Below are positions 1-10,633 of a stretch of 64,000 nt of DNA, one piece after another. Below the pieces are notes generated by a model, which was not told the origin of the DNA, did not search any database, and saw nothing but the letters and a program-made list of their open reading frames with translations. The stretch spans positions 1 through 64,000 of the IMG/VR virus record IMGVR_UViG_3300028558_000001; one strand, given 5' to 3'. The position numbers and the translations under genes are program-made. Origin of the DNA: a virus. Positions within the stretch are counted from its first letter, which is position 1; every line of letters starts with the position of its first letter.

Positions 1-101
1 AACCATTAGGAACAGATGAAGATAATTTTTCCTTCGTTTCACTAGCGTCCAAATCAGTTTCCAAAACGGTAGTGGTTGTCGTCCATATCCTATTTTCATA
101 A

Positions 102-761
102 TTACTCCTTAAAATCAATATCAATGAATTCTAGTTCACCTAGACCACGGAACATGGTTCCCTTATATTCATGGGAATAAGAATAGTGCCAATGTCCATG
201 TATCCAAAGCTTTGGTTGGTGTAGATAAAGCATTCCATCAAAAGCCTGTCTAGTTCTAGAATCAATATCAAGTTTACGCCTACCAGAAAGAACCTCAATG
301 ACCTTAGCCATTTCTTCTGGAATCTCATGAGAAACCATAACATCAGGCTTTTCAACTTCATAGAGAGTAATGATTTCCTGTAGCTTATGATAGCTTAGTT
401 CCTCATCAGCCCAATAATCATATCCCTCAGTACGCCAATCACGGTCAATAGAGATACCTCCACCAACATACATGATCTTGGTTCCATTAATTACTTCAAT
501 GGTTCCATCGGGAATCCAGTATGATTGCTGTTGGCAGACATGAGGGTTATCATGATTACCACGAATAAACTTATGATCACCCTTCATGATAGCGTCATAG
601 GGCGGATTGGTAGATGCAATTTTCTTGGCTTCGTGATAATCCCAACGAAAAAAACCAACTCCAAAATCACCAACCTGACGCGAATGCTCTACGTCCTTGA
701 TAAGCTTCTTATATGGTTCAAACTTACCATGAACGTCTCCAATAAATCTTACTTTAGTCAT
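102..761 (-). CDS. Calcineurin-like metallophosphoesterase
   Basis: Motifs GDVHG, GD, GNHD and HGHWH in canonical order. Confidence 0.88.
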   Translation of the reverse strand: MTKVRFIGDVHGKFEPYKKLIKDVEHSRQVGDFGVGFFRWDYHEAKKIASTNPPYDAIMKGDHKFIRGNHDNPHVCQQQSYWIPDGTIEVINGTKIMYVGGGISIDRDWRTEGYDYWADEELSYHKLQEIITLYEVEKPDVMVSHEIPEEMAKVIEVLSGRRKLDIDSRTRQAFDGMLYLHQPKLWIHGHWHYSYSHEYKGTMFRGLGELEFIDIDFKE

Positions 762-1018
762 TTTACTTCCTTAATAATATCTTCCTCACCATATACGACA
801 GAATATGAAATTCCAAATTCTTTTGTAGGGCCATAACCTTCAACAAAATCATCAATCATTTCCCTAGCTGCTAGTTGCGCTAGGTGTTTTACATGATCTT
901 CAATACAATCAGTATAAAACATATATGATGAAAATTCTTCCATAAATTCGTCTGTGAATTTAGTTTCATCTAATGTTATTTTAATAATTTGCGTTACCTC
1001 GACCTCATATGTTTTCAT
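758..1018 (-). CDS. Hypothetical protein
   Basis: ORF with GGAGGA SD, directly downstream of a consensus sigma70 promoter; 4-bp overlap with next gene. Confidence 0.8.
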   Translation of the reverse strand: MKTYEVEVTQIIKITLDETKFTDEFMEEFSSYMFYTDCIEDHVKHLAQLAAREMIDDFVEGYGPTKEFGISYSVVYGEEDIIKEVK

Positions 1019-1048
1019 AAAAATTCCTCCATTTCTAAATCTTTTCGG

Positions 1049-1077
1049 ATTATAAATACTTTATCGTTCCCTGTCAA
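1049..1077 (-). promoter_or_regulatory. Sigma70-type promoter
   Basis: TTGACA-N17-TATAAT on the minus strand, upstream of 758..1018. Confidence 0.85.
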
Positions 1078-1102
1078 GTCATTTTTGACAGGTGTATTAT
1101 CG

Positions 1103-1110
1103 TATAAATA
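1103..1110 (+). promoter_or_regulatory. T4-type late promoter
   Basis: TATAAATA about 30 nt upstream of the first gene of the tail-fibre module. Confidence 0.75.
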
Positions 1111-1138
1111 GTTATATTACGGTTCATAAAAAGGATTT

Positions 1139-1462
1139 ATGATGGCTCTAAATATAATTATAGGCGATCCATTTATAGCACAAGTTTCAATTAATGATGA
1201 TACGGCTAATACCCTGTTGGATATTTCATCAGGATATAGCGTTGAATTTCTATTAAAACAGAGTCTTACCAATGGTAAGACTCTTTCTGGCGTTAACTAT
1301 AATGTTTCATCTAACAATATAATCACTATACAAATTGCTGATACTGATACGGCAACTTATCAAAGTGGCCTTGGTGCCTTATATATGAAAGTCAATAATT
1401 CTGATAATTCGGTTATTTTACGTCATAGAGAAAATGTAAACTTTATTAAAGAAGAAATTTGA
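1139..1462 (+). CDS. Putative virion structural protein (beta-sandwich, BppU-N-like)
   Basis: First ORF after the late promoter; beta-rich composition. Confidence 0.5.
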   Translation: MMALNIIIGDPFIAQVSINDDTANTLLDISSGYSVEFLLKQSLTNGKTLSGVNYNVSSNNIITIQIADTDTATYQSGLGALYMKVNNSDNSVILRHRENVNFIKEEI

Positions 1463-1815
1463 TGGCAGTATTACCAACCCCAACTACAAATACATATACA
1501 ATTACTTTTACTACATTTGCTGCTACAGTAAACTCTGTAACAGAAGCACCAAATGCGTTTACGGTAGATTTGGGGCAAATTATAAATCTTAATACTGCTG
1601 GTGGCAATCTCAATGCGCCCATCCAATTTACCGCACAAACAAGTTTTTCTAATATTAATGTGACCATGCCAATTACCCCAAATGCTAATTCTACTAATGT
1701 TTATATAAATGGATTACTACAATCTCAATCATCTTTTATCATAAATAGTAATATAATTACTATACCAAATACCCTAAACGTTGTCGCAGGTGATTTGGTC
1801 AGCATAACTTACTAG
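1462..1815 (+). CDS. Putative virion structural protein
   Basis: Thr/Asn-rich; VYINGLLQ...AGDLVSITY module resembles the C-terminus of the next gene. Confidence 0.55.
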   Translation: MAVLPTPTTNTYTITFTTFAATVNSVTEAPNAFTVDLGQIINLNTAGGNLNAPIQFTAQTSFSNINVTMPITPNANSTNVYINGLLQSQSSFIINSNIITIPNTLNVVAGDLVSITY

Positions 1816-1826
1816 GAGTTTAAAAA

Positions 1827-3017
1827 TTGGCACAGACACAAATTAACGGCAATACACAGATTCAAGCGGCTACAATTCCGCTTTCTAAGCTTGTGTCTGG
1901 GTATTCAATTCCAACTTCAAATCTTGTAGATGGAGCTAACTTCGTCAAGAAAGACGGCTCAGTTACTATGACTGCCGCCTTAAATTTTGGTGGTTTTACT
2001 GGTCAGAACTCAGGAGCACCAACAAACGCATCTGATCTTGCAACTAAAGCATATGTTGATGCTAAAACTGGTGGTATTGGTGGTTTACATGATGTTAGAA
2101 TTTTATCAGCATCAAACGTTGCTTCTTTATCTGGATTAACAGCAATTGATGGTGTAACTCCAGTTGCTAACGATCTTATTCTTCTAACAGCACAATCAAC
2201 CGCTTCTCAGAACGGGCCTTGGGCTGCTGCTTCTGGTTCATGGACTCGCCCTTCTTGGTGGACTACTGCAACTGTTGTAAATGAAGGTCAATACTTCATG
2301 GTCGCAGAAGGTACTTCTTATAAGGATACTAAGTGGTGGTGTACAAATACTGGTACAATTACTGTTGATACTACTTCAACTACATTCGTTCAAGACAATT
2401 CAGGAACTACATACACTAACGGTACTGGTCTATCATTAGCTGGTGGTACTTTCTCTGTCAACTATGGTACTACTTCAACTACTGCTGCTGTTGGTAACGA
2501 TGCTCGTATCACTGGTGCTCTACAAACATCTTCACTAGGAACTAACGTATTAACTGCTCTTGGAGTAGCTGTTGGTTCTGTTGGTGCATTTGTTACATAT
2601 AATGGTGCATTAGGAACTCCATCAGGCGGTTCTTTAGCTAACTGTTCTGGTCTATCTGCTGCTACTGGTCTAACTGGTACTCTTGCTACTGCCGCTGTAC
2701 CAGCATTTACTGGTGGTGACGTAACCTCTGTTGGTGGCTCACTTTCACTAACAGTAAATAATACGTCTGGTACAGGTTTCGTAAAATACGGTAACTTTAT
2801 TTGGAATGAAACACCAACTGGTCTAGTTAATGGTTCTAACGTTACTTATACTCTAGCACATAGCCCTGCCAATTCTGGTGTTGCATTATCTCTAGAATTG
2901 AATGGTATTACACTAGAACCCGGTTCTGGTAATGACTATACTATTTCTGGTACTACCGTTACCATGTTGTTCACTCCTCAAACAGGCGACAAACTAAGAG
3001 CATATTACCTATACTGA
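1827..3017 (+). CDS. Tail/collar fibre-type structural protein
   Basis: TTG start with AGGAG SD; ATKAYVD and IDGVTPVANDLILLTAQSTASQNG modules typical of phage fibres. Confidence 0.7.
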   Translation: MAQTQINGNTQIQAATIPLSKLVSGYSIPTSNLVDGANFVKKDGSVTMTAALNFGGFTGQNSGAPTNASDLATKAYVDAKTGGIGGLHDVRILSASNVASLSGLTAIDGVTPVANDLILLTAQSTASQNGPWAAASGSWTRPSWWTTATVVNEGQYFMVAEGTSYKDTKWWCTNTGTITVDTTSTTFVQDNSGTTYTNGTGLSLAGGTFSVNYGTTSTTAAVGNDARITGALQTSSLGTNVLTALGVAVGSVGAFVTYNGALGTPSGGSLANCSGLSAATGLTGTLATAAVPAFTGGDVTSVGGSLSLTVNNTSGTGFVKYGNFIWNETPTGLVNGSNVTYTLAHSPANSGVALSLELNGITLEPGSGNDYTISGTTVTMLFTPQTGDKLRAYYLY

Positions 3018-3034
3018 TAATTGAAAGGATTTAA

Positions 3035-3310
3035 ATGAGTACAATTGATTTAACTAATGATCTTGCCTTACGTTTAATTGACAGATGTAAGAAAGAATAT
3101 GGTGAAACTTCTATTGCTAACTTTGCACTAGATTTAATTTTAACTGATCTTGCTAATGAAAATGAATTTTTGAAACAAGAACAAGAAGCATTATTGAAAG
3201 AAAAAGAAGTGCTTCTAGAAAAAATTAGACAGCAATCAAATTTAATTGCAGAACTACAAGAACAGGCATTTCCTGAGCGCAAATTCAATAAGAAAGTACG
3301 CGAACATTAA
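3035..3310 (+). CDS. Small coiled-coil hypothetical protein
   Basis: Heptad E/K/L/Q-rich; AAGGA SD. Confidence 0.65.
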   Translation: MSTIDLTNDLALRLIDRCKKEYGETSIANFALDLILTDLANENEFLKQEQEALLKEKEVLLEKIRQQSNLIAELQEQAFPERKFNKKVREH

Positions 3311-4245
3311 TGGCAAGAACGTTAATCAATGGACCAGAGGGAATACTCTCTGGTTCTGTTACTAGAGGACTACTAAATACAGCCACTTCCGGCTCGGCAG
3401 TAATTGCGAAAGTTCTTACTGACGGTACGATAAGCCTTGGTTATACTGGTGCTGACTCTGGTACAGGTGACGTTACCCTATCATTAAATCAAGCATATCA
3501 CTTTACTTTTACAAACACTATTACATTTTCTAATACTGTTACTGTTGGTAACTCTACTGCAAACGTAGTTGTTACTGGAACATCGCTTGTATTAGCTAAT
3601 TCTACTAATTCATTAACCATCAATCCAGCATCTACTCTCGGTGGTACTGGATCAGTTGGTGGTTCTAATACACAAATTCAGTTTAATGATTCTGGTTCAG
3701 CCAATGGTTCTGCTGGATTTGTGTTTGATAAAACTTCAAACAGCGTAACAATTGCCAACAATTTAACTGTTTCTGGTAATACCAATATTACTACTGCTGG
3801 ATTTCTAATCGGAAATTCTACAGTAAATACGTATATAACATCAACGTCTATTGTATTAGCCAATTCCACTAATTCATTAACCATCAATCCAGCATCTACT
3901 CTAGGTGGCGGTGGTGGCGGTGTAGCTGGTTCTAATACACAAATTCAGTTTAATGATTCTGGTTCAGCCAATGCTTCCGCTGCTTTTACATTTAATAAAA
4001 GCACCAATACAGTAAACATTGCTAATAATTTAACTGTTGCTGGTAATACTAATATTACAACTACCAGTTTTTCTATTGGAAATTCTACAGTAAATACTAA
4101 TATTCTACCAACAAGTATTACACTAAGTAACAATTCTAACAGTATTTTTATTGATACTGCCACTTCAAACATTTCAGTTAATGGCGCTATAGTGTGTGTT
4201 CTTGGTAGAGCTTTTGCAATAGCCGCTGGCTTTAGTTTAACATAA
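3310..4245 (+). CDS. Tail fibre-like protein with internal duplication
   Basis: Two copies of an ~88-aa unit containing GSNTQIQFNDSGSAN; Thr/Ser/Asn-rich. Confidence 0.7.
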   Translation: MARTLINGPEGILSGSVTRGLLNTATSGSAVIAKVLTDGTISLGYTGADSGTGDVTLSLNQAYHFTFTNTITFSNTVTVGNSTANVVVTGTSLVLANSTNSLTINPASTLGGTGSVGGSNTQIQFNDSGSANGSAGFVFDKTSNSVTIANNLTVSGNTNITTAGFLIGNSTVNTYITSTSIVLANSTNSLTINPASTLGGGGGGVAGSNTQIQFNDSGSANASAAFTFNKSTNTVNIANNLTVAGNTNITTTSFSIGNSTVNTNILPTSITLSNNSNSIFIDTATSNISVNGAIVCVLGRAFAIAAGFSLT

Positions 4246-4254
4246 GAGGATAAC

Positions 4255-5067
4255 ATGCCTAATATTTCCCCAATCTTTTCTCGCGTAGGTGACGTACAAG
4301 GTTCTGTTCTGTTACAGAATCCAGTTGCTGCTACTGGTACTGGTTATACAGGCGCAGATGCAAACACTGTTGCAATTTATCAGTCAGACGCAACCAATGG
4401 TGGATTCGTTCAGCGTATTCGTATTAAGGCAATGCAAACTCAGCCAGCAAATGTTGTTCGTTTTTGGTTAGCACAACCTTATGGTCAATTAACTACTACA
4501 ACAACTGCCCCACAGACACCTACAGCAACTATTTCTGCTTCTGCTGGAACAATGACTCCCGGTGTATATTATATGAAGGTACAGGCAATTGATGCATTCG
4601 GACAGCCCGGAGCATTTTCTACTGAAATTTCAAATACTGTTCCTTCTACTGGTAATAATATTGTTTGGGGATGGTCTGCCCCTGCAACTGTAACTCAGGG
4701 TGTTTCAAACTACAGACTTGCTATTGGTTTAGCTTCTGGTCAGGAACAGTTTGTTATTGCAAATACAGGTAACGTTCTAACTTATACACAGAACACTTCA
4801 TTTTGGGTAGGTCAGTCAGGAAACCAAGTTGGTTCATTTATCGTAACTGGTAACTCATCTGCATCTTTCACTACTCCATTAACTTTGAATACTACACTTA
4901 TTGGGGAACTTTCAATTCCAGCAATTACTTTATCTGCATCTGCTGCAACTGCTGATTTTGATTATCCAATCAACATCGCTGTTCCTCCCGGTTATCGTAT
5001 TCTTGCTGGTCTAGGTACTGCTTCTGCAAATGGTTTAATTGCTACAGTAATCGGTGGGAAATATTGA
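4255..5067 (+). CDS. Virion structural protein (FN3-like central domain)
   Basis: YYMKVQAIDAFG...FSTE segment; position in the fibre module. Confidence 0.55.
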   Translation: MPNISPIFSRVGDVQGSVLLQNPVAATGTGYTGADANTVAIYQSDATNGGFVQRIRIKAMQTQPANVVRFWLAQPYGQLTTTTTAPQTPTATISASAGTMTPGVYYMKVQAIDAFGQPGAFSTEISNTVPSTGNNIVWGWSAPATVTQGVSNYRLAIGLASGQEQFVIANTGNVLTYTQNTSFWVGQSGNQVGSFIVTGNSSASFTTPLTLNTTLIGELSIPAITLSASAATADFDYPINIAVPPGYRILAGLGTASANGLIATVIGGKY

Positions 5068-5988
5068 TTGTTAGACTTTTTTCATGTTCCACAGTTTCCA
5101 AAAGGTGTAGACCAACAGATATTTAATGCTAATTCTCCTACTACTGGAGTTAATTGGGCAACATGGACTAAACCGCGCGGAATCAATTGGGTAGAATTTT
5201 TTGTATGGGGCGGTGGTGGTGCTGGTGGCGCAGGAGCCGTTGGTGCATCAGGTTCCGCCGCTGGTGGTGGTGGTGGCGGATCGGCTGTCCAAATGCATGT
5301 AGTTTATCCAGCTTGGGCGTTACCAGATTTACTTTATATATCTGTAGGTGAAGGTGGATTAGGTGGTTCTGGTGCTGGTGGTAATGGTATTCCTTCATGG
5401 ATTGGACTTTACCCATCTAGCACTTGGCCTCAATGGATATTAGCGAATTGTGCTGGTGGCGGTGGTGGCGGCGCGGCTTCTGCTGGAACTGGTGGCGCTG
5501 CTGGAGGCGGTGGTGGTGCTACTGGTATAGCACAACAATGTATGCTTGGATTATGTATTCCCGGATATATGGGAAGCACTTCTAATAATCTAGGTGGTCA
5601 AGCAGGAATTGTTGGTAGTTCAGGTTCGGCTTCCGCACTTACACTACCAACAACTGGACTGCTTGTTACTGGTGGTTCTGGTGGTGGCGGTTATGCAACG
5701 GGAAATGGCGGTGGAATGAATACTCCGGGCTATCCATTTCCCGGCGGTACGATTGCTTCCGGTGGTCAATCATATCAAAATAATGGTTCTAATGGATTTC
5801 AAGCAATACCAAAACTATTATATTTTTATGGTGGTATGGGTGGTGGTGCAGGTACAGTTAATGGTGGTAATGGTGGTAATGGTTCTTATGGTTGCGGCGG
5901 CGGTGGAGGCGGTGGAGCATTTACTGGTTTTGCCGCTGGAAACGGCGGTAATGGTGGTCCCGGTCTAGTTATAGCAACATCTTGGTAA
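5068..5988 (+). CDS. Glycine-rich adhesin-like protein, paralog 1
   Basis: Polyglycine runs alternating with variable segments; MLDF...WTKPRG start; ends GGPGLVIATSW. Confidence 0.7.
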   Translation: MLDFFHVPQFPKGVDQQIFNANSPTTGVNWATWTKPRGINWVEFFVWGGGGAGGAGAVGASGSAAGGGGGGSAVQMHVVYPAWALPDLLYISVGEGGLGGSGAGGNGIPSWIGLYPSSTWPQWILANCAGGGGGGAASAGTGGAAGGGGGATGIAQQCMLGLCIPGYMGSTSNNLGGQAGIVGSSGSASALTLPTTGLLVTGGSGGGGYATGNGGGMNTPGYPFPGGTIASGGQSYQNNGSNGFQAIPKLLYFYGGMGGGAGTVNGGNGGNGSYGCGGGGGGGAFTGFAAGNGGNGGPGLVIATSW

Positions 5989-6001
5989 GGATTTATAATT
6001 A

Positions 6002-6985
6002 ATGTTAGACTTTTTAAATCTTTCAACTAATCAAAAAGGTGTAGACCAACAGATATTTAATTCTACTGGAGGTACGGCTGGTTCTAATTGGTTAGTTTGG
6101 ACTAAACCACGCGGCATTAGTTTTGTTGATGTATTCATGCTTGGTGGAGGCGGTGCTGGTGGTGCTGGTGCTGTTGGTGCAGCATCAACCGCTGGTGGTG
6201 GTGGCGGCGGTGGTTCTGGAGCACAATATCATGCAATATTTCCTGCATGGGCATTACCAGATATTTTATATATTTCCGTTGGTTCTGGTGGATTAGGTGG
6301 TTCTGGTGCTGGTGGTGCTGGTGCTGGTTCATGGATATCATTAACATCAACTGCTAGTTCTGCTAATTATGTATTAGGAGTAACAGCGGGTGGAGGCGGC
6401 GGTGGCGCTGGTGGCGCTGGTACTGCTGGTGGCGCTGGTACTGCTGGTGTCGCACAAGCAGTAAGCGTAGCTAGTTTATATGGTATGTCTATGTCTGGTT
6501 ATACTGGTTCTGCAACTAACTGTTCTTTAGCAGGACAAGCAGGAATTGCTGGCGGAACTACTGGTGGTGCTTCCGCCCTTACTTTACCATTAACTGGTTT
6601 AGTTGTTACTGGTGGAACTGGTGGTGGTGGTCTTGCATCACTTGGTTCTACTGGTGGTGGTGGTGGTCAGTTTACTGTCCCTGCTGGTGGCGTGTTTCCT
6701 GCGCCACCAAATGCTTCCGGTGGCGCAGGACCATCTAATAGTCCCGGAACAAATGGTTCTAATGGATTTCAAGCAATACCAAAACTATTATATTTTTATG
6801 GTGGTATGGGTGGTGGTGCAGGTGGATTAGCATCTGGTGGTGGAGCTACTACTTCTGCTGGAGGCATTGGTGGTAATGGTTCTTATGGTTGCGGTGGAGG
6901 CGGCGGCGGTGGCGGATTCACTGGTGCGACAGTCGCCAATGGCGGTAATGGTGGTCCCGGTCTAGTTATAGTAACAAGTTGGTAA
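6002..6985 (+). CDS. Glycine-rich adhesin-like protein, paralog 2
   Basis: Same architecture as paralog 1. Confidence 0.7.
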   Translation: MLDFLNLSTNQKGVDQQIFNSTGGTAGSNWLVWTKPRGISFVDVFMLGGGGAGGAGAVGAASTAGGGGGGGSGAQYHAIFPAWALPDILYISVGSGGLGGSGAGGAGAGSWISLTSTASSANYVLGVTAGGGGGGAGGAGTAGGAGTAGVAQAVSVASLYGMSMSGYTGSATNCSLAGQAGIAGGTTGGASALTLPLTGLVVTGGTGGGGLASLGSTGGGGGQFTVPAGGVFPAPPNASGGAGPSNSPGTNGSNGFQAIPKLLYFYGGMGGGAGGLASGGGATTSAGGIGGNGSYGCGGGGGGGGFTGATVANGGNGGPGLVIVTSW

Positions 6986-6994
6986 GGATTTAAT

Positions 6995-7963
6995 ATGTTA
7001 GATTTATTTCATGTACAACAATTTGGTAAAGGTGTAGACCAACAGATATTTAATGTTAATAGTGGAAGTGCATCAGGATGGGTTACTTGGATAAAACCTA
7101 GAGGAATCAATTGGGTTGATTTCTTCATGCTTGGTGGAGGCGGTGCTGGTGGTGCTGGTGCTGTTGGAGCATCATCAACAGCGGGGGGCGGCGGTGGTGG
7201 CGCTGGTGGCGCTCAATTTCATGCTATTTTTCCTGCATGGCTATTGCCTGATATTTTATATATTTCCGTTGGTTCTGGTGGATTAGGTGGTTCTGGTGCT
7301 GGTGGTGCTGGATTAATTTCATATATATCAATATATCCTGTTGCTACTGCTAATTATTTACTTGGGTCTGCATCTGGTGGTGGTGGTGGTGGGTTAGGAG
7401 GCGCTGGTACTGGTGGTACTGCTGGTGCGTCTGCTGGTTCTTCATCAATAGGAAATGCAAGTCTTTTTGGTTTGTGTATATCTGGATATACTGGTGGTGC
7501 TTCCATTAATTTAGCAGGACAAGCAGGAGTTGTTGGTGGATCAGTTAGTGCTGCTGGAAATATAACTCTACCTACTACTGGTTTAGTAGCTACTGGTGGA
7601 ACTGGCGGCGCAGGAATTGGTGTTGCTTCTTTGGGTGGCTATAGCGGAGGATCATTTAACTCTCCTGCTGGTATTTTTCCGTTTCCTTCTCAAAATGGTG
7701 GAATTGGTGGGGGACATGCTCCAGCAACGGCTGGTTTACCCGGTTCTAATGGATTTCAAGCAATGACAAAAACACTATTCTTTTATGGTGGTACTGGTGG
7801 AGGTTCTTGTGGTCAAGATGCATCGGCAGGTTCTAATGGTGGTAATGGTGGTTTTGGTTCTTATGGTTGTGGCGGTGGAGGTGGAGGCGCAGCATATACA
7901 GGAAATATAGCAGGTATTGGTGGCAATGGTGGTCCCGGTATAGTTATAGCAACAGCTTGGTAA
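6995..7963 (+). CDS. Glycine-rich adhesin-like protein, paralog 3
   Basis: Same architecture as paralog 1. Confidence 0.7.
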   Translation: MLDLFHVQQFGKGVDQQIFNVNSGSASGWVTWIKPRGINWVDFFMLGGGGAGGAGAVGASSTAGGGGGGAGGAQFHAIFPAWLLPDILYISVGSGGLGGSGAGGAGLISYISIYPVATANYLLGSASGGGGGGLGGAGTGGTAGASAGSSSIGNASLFGLCISGYTGGASINLAGQAGVVGGSVSAAGNITLPTTGLVATGGTGGAGIGVASLGGYSGGSFNSPAGIFPFPSQNGGIGGGHAPATAGLPGSNGFQAMTKTLFFYGGTGGGSCGQDASAGSNGGNGGFGSYGCGGGGGGAAYTGNIAGIGGNGGPGIVIATAW

Positions 7964-7971
7964 GATAAATA
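7964..7971 (+). promoter_or_regulatory. Late promoter variant (GATAAATA)
   Basis: NATAAATA in the intergenic gap 26 nt before 7998. Confidence 0.45.
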
Positions 7972-7997
7972 TAGTAATACTATTTGAGGGAATTATA

Positions 7998-8444
7998 ATG
8001 ACTATTACATCAGTATCATATCAGAATGACGGTTCAGTTTTAGTAAATTATAGTGATGGGTCATCACTAATTACTACTGATGCTGATGTGAATGTAAATG
8101 TATGGAAAACATCTGGTGGTATAATATCTCCTTATGTACCTCCTGTACTTCCACTAGACCCAAATACTTCTGTTTCTGATCGTCAATTCTTTCAGGCTGC
8201 TGCTGTTATAGGATTAATAACTGATTCTGATGCACTAGCTATGATGTCAGTTGGAACAATACCAAGTACATTAGCTTCTGCTATTAATATGCTCCCTTTA
8301 GACCAACAATTTTCAGCTAAAATGAAAATAATTGGTGCGCGTACATTTATCCGAAACGATCCATTTGTTGGGGCATTAAGTACGGCAATGGGACAAACAT
8401 CTACCCAAGTAGATGCATTATTTTCTTTGGCTATGTCATTATAA
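7998..8444 (+). CDS. Tail fibre-associated (chaperone-like) protein
   Basis: W..SGG.I.PY.PP N-terminal motif and SDRQFFQA...QVDALF C-terminal domain typical of fibre accessory proteins. Confidence 0.55.
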   Translation: MTITSVSYQNDGSVLVNYSDGSSLITTDADVNVNVWKTSGGIISPYVPPVLPLDPNTSVSDRQFFQAAAVIGLITDSDALAMMSVGTIPSTLASAINMLPLDQQFSAKMKIIGARTFIRNDPFVGALSTAMGQTSTQVDALFSLAMSL

Positions 8445-8455
8445 GTAGTAATTAA

Positions 8456-9802
8456 ATGGCCTTAGCAATTCGATCAAACTCAACTATTACATATTCAAGT
8501 AGAACAAATACAACTGTTTCTGCACCCTCTGGTATTGTTAATGGTGATATTTTAGTTGCAACCATATTCGTTGCTGCTACTGGTTCAAGTCCTTCTGTTA
8601 CTGCACCAACTGGATTCACAGAAATTTCTATTTCTCCAACTTCTGTAAGTTCTGCTGGTTTCTATGGAAATCTACATGTCTATTGGAAACGTGCTGCATC
8701 AGAAAGTGGAAGCTATACTTTTACGCATACTACAGCATCTACTGAATGTGTAATGATTGCTGTTTCTGGAGCACTTACCTCTGGAAGCCCAATAGACGTA
8801 AGTTCTGCGAATACTGGTATTGCTGGAACAGAAACAAATACTGGACTAACATTAACTTCAACAAATGAATTGGTATTATATCTATCTCAGAATTGGGGTG
8901 ATAGTAATACTGGAACGGCACCAACCGGATATACACAGACTTATAATGGTACTGTTGTATATACTGCATCAAAAAACTTTACATCTTCTGGTGCTACTGG
9001 ATCAACCAGTCGTGCTAATGGAAATAACTCAGGTGATCCTTGGGGAGTTATTCTTGTTGCTATTTTACCAGCAGTTATAATAACAAATCCATCAACTGTT
9101 ACTATAGATGCAACTGGAACGGAAACATTACAAGCAACTTCCGTATACACATTCAATTACACTGGATTAACTAGTACGGCAGCATTGACTGGTGGTTATG
9201 GAGCAATCCTTGTTCTCCTAAACATTCAAGGAACGGGTCTTGATCCTGTGACAGTTGTTTATGATCCGACTGGTGCCAATCAGTCTATGACACAACTTGG
9301 TAAAATTGGCGGTACGGCAGATACTTCTTGTTATCTATTTGGACTATTAAATCCAACTACATATGGGAATAAAACCATTGTACCTACATGGTCAAGTTCT
9401 ATTGCAGAATGTTATATACAAGCAGTTTCATTAATAGGTGTACTTCAAACAAGTATTTCTACTGCATTTACAAATTATAATTCTGCATCAGGAAGTAGTA
9501 CTTCTCCGTCAGTAAACATTACTAGTACATCTAGTGGACTTGTATTTGGTCAAATTGGTGTTGATTCATTCACTCCAAGTTTAAATTCTGTAACAAAAAC
9601 CCAATTATATATTGATAATACTCATGCTGGCTCTGGGGCTGAATATGCAACTGGAACTGGTTCCGCCATATCAATGGGAGGAACATTAAGTACATCTGGT
9701 CCGTGGGTCATACAAGGAATAAATGTAGTTTCATCTACATACATTTCTTTAACTTATAATATCATTTTTGGTAGCAATACAACATTCTCTGGTGGACATT
9801 AA
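8456..9802 (+). CDS. Virion structural / fibre protein with two beta-sandwich domains
   Basis: GDILVA, PTGFT, VYWKRA motifs; Thr/Ser/Gly-rich. Confidence 0.6.
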   Translation: MALAIRSNSTITYSSRTNTTVSAPSGIVNGDILVATIFVAATGSSPSVTAPTGFTEISISPTSVSSAGFYGNLHVYWKRAASESGSYTFTHTTASTECVMIAVSGALTSGSPIDVSSANTGIAGTETNTGLTLTSTNELVLYLSQNWGDSNTGTAPTGYTQTYNGTVVYTASKNFTSSGATGSTSRANGNNSGDPWGVILVAILPAVIITNPSTVTIDATGTETLQATSVYTFNYTGLTSTAALTGGYGAILVLLNIQGTGLDPVTVVYDPTGANQSMTQLGKIGGTADTSCYLFGLLNPTTYGNKTIVPTWSSSIAECYIQAVSLIGVLQTSISTAFTNYNSASGSSTSPSVNITSTSSGLVFGQIGVDSFTPSLNSVTKTQLYIDNTHAGSGAEYATGTGSAISMGGTLSTSGPWVIQGINVVSSTYISLTYNIIFGSNTTFSGGH

Positions 9803-9811
9803 GGATTTTAA

Positions 9812-10624
9812 ATGAGTAGTGCAGCAATTTTTATCGGCGGAACACATTTTAATATACCATCTGTATCTGTGCATTATCCAGATACACGAAATACGGGTGT
9901 TCCTTCTGGCACTTCATTAACATCTTCTGGCAGTTTAACTATCACTACTAGAGGTCAAGTTGTAGCAAATCTTAGCATTGCGAGTGGTAGCATTACTGTT
10001 AATGCTAATGATGTTATTATTCAGAACTGCTATATAGCTGGAGCTACATCAACGGCTGTTGTTTACGTAACATATGGTTATGGAAACTGTACAATTCAAA
10101 ACTGTACAATCAATGGTATTGGAACAACTAATGATGGTTCTAATGGTATTCAATCAACTGGATCAATCATTGGATGTAATATTTACAATGTTGAAAATGG
10201 TATTAACGTATCTGGCGCTGATACAACTCAGCTTATAACTGGCAATTATATACATGGTCTACTTGCATCTGGATCACCTCACTATGACGGTATCCAGATG
10301 GATGGTGGTTGTAAGAACATTACGATTTCTAATAATACTATTATTAATCCAAATCCACAAACTTCATGTATTATGATTGATAACTATTTTGGTTCATGTA
10401 ATAACATTACCGTATCTAATAATGTTCTATCTGGGGCAGGATATTGTATCTATTCTGATGCTAGTCAGGCCAACTCAACTACATATCCAATTACAAACAT
10501 AACTATCACAAATAATCATCTTGGAAATGGTTATTATGGAGATTATACTACCAACCAAAATACACCAACATATACTGGTAATGTTGATGACGCTAATACT
10601 GTATTAGCAACACTATCACTATAA
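9812..10624 (+). CDS. Right-handed parallel beta-helix protein (possible depolymerase/tailspike domain)
   Basis: Repeated Asn-ladder motifs (IQNC, ITGNYIH, ITISNN, ITITNN) and HYDGIQ. Confidence 0.7.
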   Translation: MSSAAIFIGGTHFNIPSVSVHYPDTRNTGVPSGTSLTSSGSLTITTRGQVVANLSIASGSITVNANDVIIQNCYIAGATSTAVVYVTYGYGNCTIQNCTINGIGTTNDGSNGIQSTGSIIGCNIYNVENGINVSGADTTQLITGNYIHGLLASGSPHYDGIQMDGGCKNITISNNTIINPNPQTSCIMIDNYFGSCNNITVSNNVLSGAGYCIYSDASQANSTTYPITNITITNNHLGNGYYGDYTTNQNTPTYTGNVDDANTVLATLSL

Positions 10625-10633
10625 GGACAAAGC

